DNA of 63,606 nt, the filler included, from Folioceros fuciformis (lineage: Eukaryota), in the NCBI GenBank assembly GCA_049999805.1. It is 11 parts of 11 records of this genome, joined end to end, with 100 filler letters (N's around TTAATTAATTAA, not from the genome) between each part and the next. Parts side by side here need not be neighbours in the genome. Positions count along the whole stretch, not along the records: positions 35,727 to 38,942 come from JBNGIO010005055.1; positions 39,043 to 40,723 come from JBNGIO010005056.1; positions 40,824 to 49,494 come from JBNGIO010005057.1; 8 more parts are not named here. The stretch is one strand, 5' to 3'. Position numbers and translations under genes: made by a program. Numbering within the stretch: position 1 is the stretch's first letter; the number at the start of each line of letters is the position of its first letter. The notes below the pieces were generated by a model that saw only the letters and a program-made list of their open reading frames with translations, was not told the DNA's origin and ran no database searches. Shown here piece by piece: positions 38,721 to 49,594 of the stretch.

Positions 38721-38942
38721 TGTTGAGATGTCACCCAGCCCAAAAGGAGGAAGAGGCTACCTAAATCAGTGTTGAGATGTCACCCCCGCCATGCTCAAAA
38801 GAGGTTAAAACAAGTTAGTTGAAGCAAGATGCAGAATCCCAAAACTAAGAGCACTATAACAAGGCTCTTAAACTCAAATAAAAAGGAGAATTACAAAAAC
38901 AACACAATACAAGTGAAGAGGGAGTTAGACTACGTATACTAA
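38721..38942 (-). mobile_element. Third copy of the ~400-bp LTR (cut by a gap), with a 49-bp junction duplication
   Basis: TGTTGAGATGTCACCCCCGCCATGCTC matches 11374 onward; 38685-38733 is repeated at 38734-38782. Confidence 0.9.
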
Positions 38943-39042
38943 NNNNNNNNNNNNNNNNNNNNNNNNNNNNNNNNNNNNNNNNNNNNTTAATTAATTAANN
39001 NNNNNNNNNNNNNNNNNNNNNNNNNNNNNNNNNNNNNNNNNN

Positions 39043-40652
39043 AGGTTTGGGTTTGAAACAAACCTTGAGGTCAAGCCAGAGCTAAATGCCAGGTCTGGAC
39101 GAGATCCTATCATTAGGTGCATAGCGCTTCCATTTATAGAGGGATACTGTTGAACCTTCTCTGCGTCCTATACAAGTATGTCACCCACCTGTGCTTATAT
39201 ACTTGGTGTTTTGCTCGATAGGTGTTGAGATGGGTTTGCTAGATTCGAGAATCTAGCGAGGATTTCTTGTGCGTACTTCGTCTGATGTAGGAATATAGTT
39301 CCATTCTTGCGATTTGGTAACAACTACATGCCAAGCAAAACTCCACAGCTCCTCCTGCAGTAATCTTAAATGCCTTGATTAGCTGCTATCTCAGTTCTTC
39401 TATCATCCGGAGGGAGTTACTTATTATAATTATATCATCGACATATATGGCAAGTGCCAGAAACTCTCTCCATTCTCGCTTTATGTAGACAGTGCTATCA
39501 GCATTGATGTTTTCATAGCCAATTGATTTGAGATAGCTGTCTATACGTGAGTACCAAGCCCCTGGGCTCTGTTTGAGCCCATACAAGGATTTATGCAGCT
39601 TGCATACTAGATTTTGCAGGTTGCGTGGAATGTCAGCTCCTGAGAGCACTGACATATAAATTTCCTCTTGGAGGTTCCCATATAGGAATGCAGTGGTCAC
39701 GTCTAGCTGTTCCAGTTCATAGTCTCCCATTGCTGCAAGTGCCACAAACAATCTGAGTGTTGTTAGCTTGACAACTAGACTGAATGTATCGTCATAGTCC
39801 ACTCCAGGAATTTGTGAGTATCCTTTCGCAACAACCCTTGCTTTGTATCTATCAATACTGACTGCCGTCTGCTCACAGCTTTAACTTGAAGACCCATTTG
39901 GACCCAACAGCCTTGCGACGTGCAGGTAGGCTGGTTAGGGACTAGGTCTTGTTCTCATACAGTGAGCCTAGCTCAAAGTCAATGGCCTTTTGCCATAAGT
40001 TTGCATCAGGGCATGATACTGCTTCTTCATAGGATTTTGGCTCAAAAGCCTTCAAGTATGCTGCTAGGCAATAAGTCAATTGCGACTTTGGATGCCTAAA
40101 GTCTTCAGGTACCTAGTACTCTAGAGGCTTACGTATCCTTGTTGAAGACCTTAGCTCCGGGTGAGCAGACTTGAGTGCTTTTCCTTTGTTGAGGGGTTTG
40201 TTTAGAACTCCTAGGATCCTCGGCTGACAACATTTCAGGTGTTCGAAGTATTGGCCTCAGGTTGGCTGCTGTTGGTTGCTGTGAGGCTGTTGGTACTTGA
40301 GGAGACAGACAGGTGGTCACCTATTTCTGCTGACCTTTTGGTTGTGGTGCAGGTAGCGGTACATTCATGTCACCAACAATGATCTCCTCTTGTTCTTCTG
40401 AGGAGTAGTCTCCTTCGTCAACCCACTCAGAGCTGGCTACGTCTCCCACTGTGAGGTTTGGCTCAACTCCTTCGATGAACACCACATCTCTTGAGTGTGT
40501 CGTCTACTTTGTTTGTCGATTCAGCAGCTTGTAGCCCTTAATGCCTTCGGTGAGGCCCACAAAAATGCATTCCTTCAACTTAGGTTCGAACTTCTTACGA
40601 ATGTCTTTTTGGACTTGTGCATACACAGTGGAGCCAAAAACTCGCATATGAG
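39043..40652 (-). mobile_element. Ty1/copia fragment (INT C-terminus to RT), sister of 6070-8481
   Basis: MRVFGSTVYAQV...CIFVG, LYGLKQSPGAW, YVDDII; collinear with 6070-7480. Confidence 0.92.
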
Positions 40653-40723
40653 TGTGGAGGCAAAACCCCGGGCAGTGATTGCCAACGGGTTCCACCTTTA
40701 GTGGCCACACTTATCCCACTGTC
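40653..40723 (-). mobile_element. Athila-like LTR terminus inserted in copia integrase
   Basis: Reverse complement of 28382-28452; copia homology stops here. Confidence 0.75.
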
Positions 40724-40823
40724 NNNNNNNNNNNNNNNNNNNNNNNNNNNNNNNNNNNNNNNNNNNNTTAATTAATTAANNNNNNNNNNNNNNNNNNNNN
40801 NNNNNNNNNNNNNNNNNNNNNNN

Positions 40824-41040
40824 TAAGAGGAGGCCCTTGACCTGCTAGCACCCTAAGAGGAGCCCTAAGAGGAGGCCCTTGACCTGCTAGCACCCTGAGA
40901 GGAACCCTAAGAGGAGGCCCTTGACCTACTAGCAGCCTAAGAGGAACCCTAAGAGGAGGCCCTTGACCTGCTAGCACCCTGAGAGGAACCCTAAGAGGAG
41001 GCCCTTGACCTGCTAGCACCCTGAGAGGAACCCTAAGAGG
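40824..41040. repeat. Tandem repeat, 42-bp unit x~5 (runs into a gap)
   Basis: TAAGAGGAGGCCCTTGACCTGCTAGCACCCTGAGAGGAACCC. Confidence 0.95.
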
Positions 41041-41519
41041 AGAGGAGAGGAGAGGCCCTCGTTCAAACGCGGTTCAAAATGTCAAAGGAATGTGGTCATT
41101 AGTTACCAATATCATATCTAAACGAAAGAAAAACTCCCACTCCTTAGTGATAACTTGCCTTTCGTTTTACGGCGTAGTGTCCCAAAGTTAAACTACGCAA
41201 GTCTACATTTTAATGGTCGTTGCGCCTTGACCATTAAAGTGGGATGTAGGGTTTATCATGGTTTCTTTCTTGATTTTCTCTCTTGATTTTCTAAAATATA
41301 TAAATTCTCAATTTAGGGTTTTGCATGGTAGAAGTTGCACCACGTCCCACGTTACGAGGATGAGTCCATCCAAGTGGACTCCAAGAGACTAGGTCTTGTT
41401 GTGTTCGATGTGTGAAAATGTATCCATAAATAACTCTTCGCTTGTCAAACTCAGCGGATCTGATCTGCTCGCATTCGCAAGCTGGCTCAAATGGGACTTC
41501 AGAAGGGCGGACCGGGCCG

Positions 41520-43575
41520 GAGGTGGAGCCTCAGTGCCATTGCTGCCCTGCTGCTGGTGTTCATGTTTCTTGCCATGGCGGCTCATTCCGAGAATGCCCT
41601 TGGAGACGGTGGAGGCTGGAGGCAACAGGTGGGCAGCCCTTGCCTGTAGACATGGTCACTTTGTGGCTTGGGAAGTTGATAGCGCCACTTGATTTTGCGT
41701 TTGACTGCAATGGAAGGACTCTCAGTCCCTATGTGCCTTCCAGTTCTCACCAAAACGGTTTGCGATGACCTGCAGATGCGTCGTTAGGTGAGGACCTCTG
41801 GCTCAGGGACTAATCCTGGCACACCACCCTTCACCGGAACTTTGCCGTCAAATGGAATATATCCAACTTATTTGCCACCCCCACCACCCCCACCTATCAC
41901 CGGCCAGTGATTCACACACCTCGCTCAGGTCTACCGCAAATGTTGCGATCTGCATAGAAATTTTCATTTGCTCCACAATGACATAATGTCAAATGGTGGG
42001 TTAGCCTTTGGGTTCTTCCGCATTCGGCCCATCATTGTATCTGCGCGGACTTTATGCTTGACGGATTACTGTACAAACGATGACCTCCCGGAGGGAAGTA
42101 CTGTGTGCCAAATGCGCATAAGCCTGGTGTTGCTCACATTCACTTAATATTAATAAAATTTTCATAATATGGTGTGGATCTATTGAAGTATGAAAGGGGA
42201 AATTGTGCCGGCACTTTCTCCTAGAAGTATTCTATAGTATTTATTTGCGTACTAGTGCCTTTTTTGGGCACACAGGGTTATTCCTGCCAATCTTTGGAGT
42301 AGATAGAATTTTTTCACCTCCTTTTCAATGATAGAAAATATCATATTCTCATATATTTATATATTGTATGTTTGTACAACACCAACACAAACCAACGAGT
42401 AGTGGGAGCATTAAGATGTGGATAATGTGGTCAAGTGTACAACCACGCATATGTGACAATGACAATAGTGCATGGTCATACCACATAAGTGTGCTTAGAG
42501 ATAAGTGTTTCAACACGGTGGGTNNNNNNNNNNNNNNNNNNNNNNNNNNNNNNNNNNNNNNNNNNNNNNNNNNNNNNNNNNNNNNNNNNNNNNNNNNNNN
42601 NNNNNNNNNNNNNNNNNNNNNNNAGGCTTCCTCACGATAGGTATTGATTTGCATTGGAATCATGTCTCTCCATACAGAGGAAGGTGTGCTTAGAGAGGAT
42701 AACTAGTTCCTGGACGGACCAACCGTTAGCTTGCTTACCCTAAGTTTCCTTGTGCACAAGGACTTTTCTCACCAGATGTCTGTAATCTGCCACTATACCC
42801 CCCTCTTTCAGCCTGTGGGCAAGAGGGTTCCTCAATGTCCAAACCTAGTGTAGAGGACAATGGAAACAAGTCCCTTGAACAAGTTTAACAATAGCTGCAA
42901 TGCATGCAACAATGAGGAAGACAAAAACATCTAGCTTGCTCCCACCAGTTTGCCTCAATCTTCACGACATGAGGTGTGGAGGCTAGTTCACGGTAAGAAT
43001 ATGGGAAGATCGCATATAGCAATAGCTTGCCTTGAAATGTCGCAGGTTCCCCTTGCAACTCACAAGGTGACAAATTAGGCGGGGCCTGAGTGCCATTGCA
43101 GCACTGCTGCTGGTGTTCATGTTTCTCGCTATGGCGGCTCAATCCGGGAACACCCTTGAAGGTCATGGAGGCTGGAGGCAACAAGTGGGGGCCCTTACCT
43201 TCAGGTGTTGTCAATTTGCCTTCACACGTTCGATGACGAGAAAACTGGGAAGTTATCTCAGAATTTGGTCGTGCGAGTTGATAGCGCATCTGACTGCAAT
43301 GGAAGGACACTCAGTCCCTGTGTGGCTTCTAGTTCTCACCAAATCGGTTTAAGTGATGTGCAGGTGCGTCATCGCACGAGGGCCCCTCGCACGAGGACCG
43401 GCACACCACCTGTGTGAGCCGTACTTTGCCGTTCACTGGAGACTTGAGTTATCCCAAAGAAAAAGAAATTCCAGACCCACCTCCCCACGCGTGATAAATC
43501 TTAGACATCTACCCTCCAGTCTTCACAAATGTTGCAATCTGTTCAACAATTTTCTTTTGCGTGACAATGAGTGAA
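41520..43575. repeat. Two diverged copies of a ~480-bp unclassified repeat (41520-41990, 43075-43575)
   Basis: Shared blocks GTGCCATTGC..CTGCTGCTGGTGTTCATGTTTCT, GGAGGCTGGAGGCAAC, TGACTGCAATGGAAGGAC.CTCAGTCCCT, AGTTCTCACCAAA, GCACACCACC, CAAATGTTGC.ATCTG. Confidence 0.85.
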
Positions 43576-45548
43576 CGCCAAATGTAGCGAATTAGAGGAT
43601 AGTGGCAAGGTTTGAGTGGATAAAGCAATCAAGTTAAAATGGTATTTTTTATGATTGAAAAAAAAATGGAATCAAGTTTGGATAAATAAATTTTTTTATT
43701 ATTATTGGAAAAGAGATAGAAAGTCCTATCTACTCCAAAGATTGGAGGAATTACTTGGAGGGCTAGAGGTTAAAAGGTATTAGCCACTTTGAACATCATT
43801 TTAGAAAACTAACTATTATTTTCAAATTATCATGATGTGGAACAACAAGAAGCCTACACAAATGCCGAAGAAACTACTTGACCTCCAGCAGAGTTGGAAT
43901 TTCTGGAATTAAATCCAAATAAATAAGAGATAAATAGAAAAGAGAAATTAAAAAAGAAATATATGGGAATATGAATATTGTATATGTATTAAATATGTAT
44001 CAATAAATATACAATACATTTGCCGGGGGTATATGTATACAACCCGTATACGGACCAAAAAAACATTAGATGGGGCAAAGTGAAGAAGNNNNNNNNNNNN
44101 NNNNNNNNNNNNNNNNNNNNNNNNNNNNNNNNNNNNNNNNNNNNNNNNNNNNNNNNNNNNNNNNNNNNNNNNNNNNNNNNNNNNNNNNCCATGGACCATG
44201 GCGGCACGACGGCGGGGAGCAAGGCAATGGGACAGCAGCGGGGCGAGAGATGGCAACGCCAGCGAGGTTGAATTGCCCAGCAGCGAGCTAGGATAGCACC
44301 GGCCTGCAAGATGGTGGTGCAACCTGGACTAGTGGGGAATCACTAGTCGTCGCTCCTCAATCCTGCAGCAGCGGTTTGGGGCTGAGCAGATCCAGTAGTG
44401 CGGGCTGCGGATCACGCCTACATGGACAGAATCGGGACAGAGCAAATGGGAGATGGGGAGGCCGGCGAGGTTGGGGACCATGGATAGAGCGTTTGGGGAA
44501 GAGATAGCAGCGGGAGTGGGTACGGCCNNNNNNNNNNNNNNNNNNNNNNNNNNNNNNNNNNNNNNNNNNNNNNNNNNNNNNNNNNNNNNNNNNNNNNNNN
44601 NNNNNNNNNNNNNNNNNNNNNNNNNNNTTCTCCTCCTCCCTGCAATGTGGATCCAAGGAGGAACCAAGACAAAGAGATGGGGAAGGAAGGGGGAAAAGAG
44701 GAAGCAGGGACAAGAGGAGAATGGAGGAGAAGGAAGGAAGGGGGGGAGGAAGAGAGGGATGAAAGCGGTCGCAGTCCCTACCCTAGCTAGGGCACAGCCT
44801 CCACGGCCGTTTAGTTCATCATGCAATCAGCCAGCTAGACCTGATCCTGACATACCCCATATTCCCGCTCCTAGGTTCAAACAATTATTTTATTATTCTA
44901 TTATTTAATATTGATTAATGATATTTAATTATTTAATACTATATACCTTTAATTAATATTAAACCAATCACCAAACCTAGATTCAAACTTTCCCGACTCT
45001 ATGGTCCGGTACCACACCTAAACTTTTCCAAGTCTGGGATCTAACCTATACCCACTCTAATAACCAAACCAATTATTCGCTAGTCAATTACCCTAATTAG
45101 CACAAGAAACAATAGGAAAAATGACCAGAAAATAAAGGAAAATTAGGGAAAATAAGTAGAGAAAGAAAACCAAACCATACCAATATTAAACCTTTTTTAA
45201 CCAAAGCAAACCACTATCCCAAACTTTGGAGGTTCACACGAAGCCTATGTGCATATGAGCCACACTACACCTATGTGCATATGAGTCACCCTAAACCACG
45301 TCCATGTGTAAACGATAAAATGTTTAGAAGTTCCCTGTTAAGGTGTGTGATGGAGTGTTTTGTTTGGCTAAGTCCGGTGTGAAATCAGATTAGGTTGGGA
45401 GTAGGCCGTGGTATTTATGCTCAAGAGCTTCTTGGCCCATGAAGTTTTTAAGTTTTGGGTTGGTTTGACCAATAGCTGGTCCGTGGACCAAGGACGGGGG
45501 GTGCTGTTGGTTCCTTGGCCTTTGGCCTTTGAACAAGTCATAAAAGCC

Positions 45549-45555
45549 TATATAA
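45549..45555 (+). promoter_or_regulatory. TATA box
   Basis: CCTATATAAGG about 430 bp upstream of the ATG at 45987. Confidence 0.55.
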
Positions 45556-45986
45556 GGAGGGCCCCCCCATAGCTATAGAGTTAGTTTTTTATAAGCTCGA
45601 AGGTAGGACGTCTTAGGCTGTGGACTTAGGCTGAGAAGGAAGGTAGCCGAGGCCTGGCGACGATAGTGGAAGATGGGCACTCGTCGTAGAAGGGGCAATA
45701 GGTTGTGGAAGCTAGGATAGGTAGTGAAAACCAGAACAACGCGGACGAATGGAAACCCTACGTGAGGACCCGAGTGTCCAGGAGTATTTTCAAAGTGGAG
45801 AGCAACCACAACTGAAGCGGCGTCGGGGAGCGAACTCGGCAGACAAGGAGCGGGCGTACAGGCGGAGCGCAGCGAACAAAGAGGGAGCAGTGAACGTAGC
45901 GATTCCCTGACAGGCTCGAGGAAGCTCGAGGCTGTGAGGTGCAGGAAGTGGTGGCGGCACACGGGTTAACCCTAAATTAGAGATGA

Positions 45987-46460
45987 ATGGAGGGAACGGC
46001 CGCTGATCTAACCTATGTAGAACTGTGCAAGGACGCCACACATGGACCCATGGCACAGGTCGAGGTGGCGCTTTGGCCCAACATGGACCACTGGAAGGCC
46101 CGAGCACGAGGACTGGTGGAAGAACTAGGACTTGGGTTCATGACGAAACGATGGAACTACGTGAACCCAAGCCTAGTACAGGAGTGTGCACAGCAACTGC
46201 GAGGTAGGACGTCAGTGGAAGGTATCAGGGGAAGACCACAGGATTGGGATGTGGAGCTGGTAAGGGCGGTATATGGGCGAAGCCAGGAGGAGGGTGGCGG
46301 ATTTGTAATTGAGTCTCTGCGGAAGCGTAGCATGGTGGCAGCGGCAGCAGCCCTGTTTAAGTCGGGGATAGGAAGGGAGGCCAACGGCTGGCTGGCATGA
46401 GAGATGGCATCCGCTCAACTCATGGGCCTTGCCAAATGGTTCTTATGCTTCTTGCACTAT
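45987..46460 (+). pseudogene. Accessory ORF N-terminus, Transposase_32/plant-mobile-domain-like
   Basis: NPSLVQECAQQL...IRGRPQDWDVELVRAVYG resembles the LVREFY...VRG...I..YG pattern of gypsy accessory ORFs (from recall); REANGWLA*EMASAQLMGLAKWFL overlaps KEANGWLVRDMASPQLLGLARWFL at 49595. Confidence 0.6.
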
Positions 46461-46980
46461 AAGAAGCAGGACTACCAACGGAATGCTCACGCGCGCCAAG
46501 AGGACCGGACTAGAGATAGCGGCAGCCAGAGGGACAGAGGGCTCCCTAGCACCCTTAGAAAGTAGAAGACATACAATCAAGGATAGCCCACGGGAGGAGG
46601 AGGTAAGCACCTCATCTACAGCAGGAGGCCAGATTGAATTACAGCACATGGATGAGTAGTCCGCAAGAACCGACGCGGTGCAGAGGGATTTTTCCTTCCC
46701 TATTCCCCGACTCATCTATCGTGCTTGGAATTTGAGCGTGTGTGTGTGCAGGCCTGTCTTCCAGTTGAGATCCCCACGCTACTAAGAGGGTAGCGTGTGC
46801 GAGACTCTCTTACAAGGGGCCTATCACATTGTTCGGTGGCGGGAGGTGAGGGGGACGAATCCGCGAGAGCTGCGGCACGGGAGGAATTCCCCTTCCCTAT
46901 TCCCCCAGCTAACTACTGCGTTCTGAAACCCATCTCGAGGTTGAGTTGAGAGTGAGTGAGACAAGTGAGTTGAGTGAGTG

Positions 46981-49494
46981 ACCCCGGCCCCCGCCCCAGC
47001 CCTTCTACCACCCCGGTCCCTACTCAACTACCGCGGTAGTGGTCTCCACGACGCTAGTGGATTCCACTACCGTGGTGGACCCCACAACGACTGTCGTCGT
47101 TCCACTACCATGGTGGGTTCGATAACGTCCATCATCGTTCCACTACTGTGGTGGGTTCGACAATGTCCGTCGTCATTCCATCATCGCAGTCGTGGTTCCA
47201 CTACCGCCGTCGTGGTTCCACTACCGTGGTGGGTCCCACCCTAACTAATTATTTTCAGCGAAGGCGCCGCCGCGGGTTTCCACCCACAGGTTTCTACCCT
47301 GGACCTTCCAGACTCGCAAAACTGGCTTATTTCATGCTCCTCACACATGTAAGGGCTGATCCTTGAGAAACAAAGCCTTGCGGATTAGCCACACCTCCCC
47401 ACACACACATGCAACACTCCACACAAATGCAAATCACACACAAGAGCTCTGGTTCACGATTATACTCATAGGCCTGCCTCCAAGGGTCTCAATCTCTAAC
47501 AATGTCCCCAATCTCCATCGATTCTTCAGCAAATCCTTCACAATTTTTCACAATGCCTTATGGGCTTCAATAATCCCCAACAACTGCTCTCAAATACCTC
47601 AGAATCTCATAGAAATTCTCCAGCATTCGCATCCAAATCTTCAGCACTTTTCTCCAATTCTTCAGCAACTTCTCAGCCATTTTCTCTTCAGTTCTCCAAC
47701 AACATTTCCAGCTCTTTTAGCAATCTTACAGCAACTCTAGTGTCTTCCCACAGTCCTCAACAAACATTCAGGGATTCCTAAGAAATTCCCTAACAATCGC
47801 ATCCAAACCTCAGCAGTCCTTCTCACAATTTCTCGATGATTCTTCCAGCAACCTTGCAGCAATCTTCCAACATTTCCTCACGTCTCCTCACAAGCTCCCA
47901 CACTCTTCAACCATTCTCCACAAACATCCAGGAATTCTCCATAAATTCCCCAGCAACCTCGTTCCAGCTTCAGCAAACTTTCCCAACAATCTCTCAGCGA
48001 ATCTCTTCAGTTCTCCACCGTCTCTCAGCTCTCTCTTTCTCACCAGATTCAGCATGCAGCTAATGGTTCAGGGAATAAGGGAAGGAGAAAACTCTCCCTC
48101 TACTCCAGCAGCAGTGGATTCGTCCCCCTCTCCTTAGCTACGGACAAAAATCAGTCCTCACTCACTCCTTCTCAACTCACTCGAGCTCCTCAGCCTCCTT
48201 CTTCTCCTCTTCTCACTCACTCCTTCAGCCTCCTTCTCCTTCTCCTTCTCTTCTCACTCACTCCTTCAACCTCCTTCTCCTCCCCACTCACTCTCTTTTC
48301 TCAACTCCAGATTAAAAATGCAGCTAATCGTTCAGGGAATAAGGGAAGGAGAAACTCTCCCTCCACTCCAGCAGCTGTGGATTCGTCCCCCTCACTCTCA
48401 CTGCAAAACACAACTGGCCGTTCAGGGAATAAGGGAAGGAGGTGCTCCTTCCACGCTACGCAACTCGCAGATTTGTCCCCCTCACTTTTAGCTATGGAGC
48501 GAAAGCCCTCAACCACCCCTAGGAGCGTCTCGCACTAACTACCTCACCTAGACATCTCCAGTCCAACCATGGACAATGCCGGGGATCTCAACAGGGAGGA
48601 GTCTCAAAACATTTGCTGATCAGAACACCGCTGGCCGTTCCGGGAATAAGGGAAGGAGCTGCTCCTTCCACTTTGCGCAACTCGCAGATTCATCCCCTCA
48701 CTTTCAGGTGTGGAGCAAAGGTTCTCAACCCCCCCTAGGAGCGTCTCGCACTCACTGCCTCACCCAAACATCTCCAGTCCAACTACGGACAACGCAAGGG
48801 ATCTCAACCGGGAGCAGTCTTAAACATTTGCTAATTAGAGAGGCAACAACAGGCCCCCTTTGTACAGAGTTCCCAAGAGCAAGAGCCACAGCCCGTCATA
48901 AAGTCTAGTTCTAAAATAGTCAACTTTAGAAAAGATGCTCTTAATGGCAGGAGGCACCAGGTCAAGATAGCATCTTGCCAAATCTTATCCAAATACTATT
49001 TTAAGATGCAACCACTCCTAGCTTACCTTAGCGCCACTCTCTCTCCTACTATTTATTCTTCTGGCCCTCCTTCCCCTGCCACAAAATCTTCAAGCTCTCC
49101 CTCCATCTTGTTGATTAGGCAAATCCTTCCATAAACTATCCACCTCACTCCTGTTGCTGGCTGTCCTATCCTGGTTGTCCACTCTCTGCCCTCCAAGAAT
49201 GTTGGAGTGCATCTTGCCACTTTGGTTGCAATGATTGCTATTGCAGGCCTCCTGGTGCAGGTAGGGGTTTCAGCAATCTTGGGTTGCTGATTCCGCAACC
49301 GTCGCGGTTCCCCAACTGGGGTAGAGCTTCCCACTACCGGCGTTGTCTCTCCTCTACCGTCGTTGAGCTTCAACTACCTCCCTTCGGCAACCGTTGTTGG
49401 GCTTCGACTACCTCCCTTCGGTAACCGTCGTTGAGCTTCGGCTACCGCCTATAGCACTACCGCCGATTGGTCTTCCACGACGGTAGTTCAGCTT
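46981..49494 (-). mobile_element. Accessory-ORF family, copy 3 (minus strand)
   Basis: Reverse complement collinear with ~8870-10790: ORF tail, hairpin module 48825-49010, four three-way-junction motifs 48070-48698, 217-bp internal duplication, short repeats 47020-47240. Confidence 0.8.
48070..48698 (-). ncRNA. Array of four putative three-way-junction RNA motifs
   Basis: Copies at 48070-48128, 48334-48391, 48424-48481, 48641-48698; reverse complement GGGGA CGAA TCCA..TGGA GTG GAGGGAGA..TCTCCTTC CCTTA TTCCC. Confidence 0.65.
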
Positions 49495-49594
49495 NNNNNN
49501 NNNNNNNNNNNNNNNNNNNNNNNNNNNNNNNNNNNNNNTTAATTAATTAANNNNNNNNNNNNNNNNNNNNNNNNNNNNNNNNNNNNNNNNNNNN

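Larger units (their letters stand above)
45336..46980 (+). mobile_element. Accessory-ORF family, copy 2 (5' end with promoter; internally deleted)
   Basis: Candidate TG start (45321 or 45336), TATA 45549, ORF from 45987; jumps at ~46460 to sequence matching 8990-9115 and 51240-51320; three-way-junction motif 46850-46906. Confidence 0.7.

Noticed and set aside
40768-41019. 14-aa repeat ORF
   Set aside because: A by-product of the 42-bp tandem repeat.
42195-42260. Helitron 3' end (GTGCCGGCAC palindrome, CTAG)
   Set aside because: Spacing and following base do not fit well, and there is no 5' end or Rep/helicase evidence.
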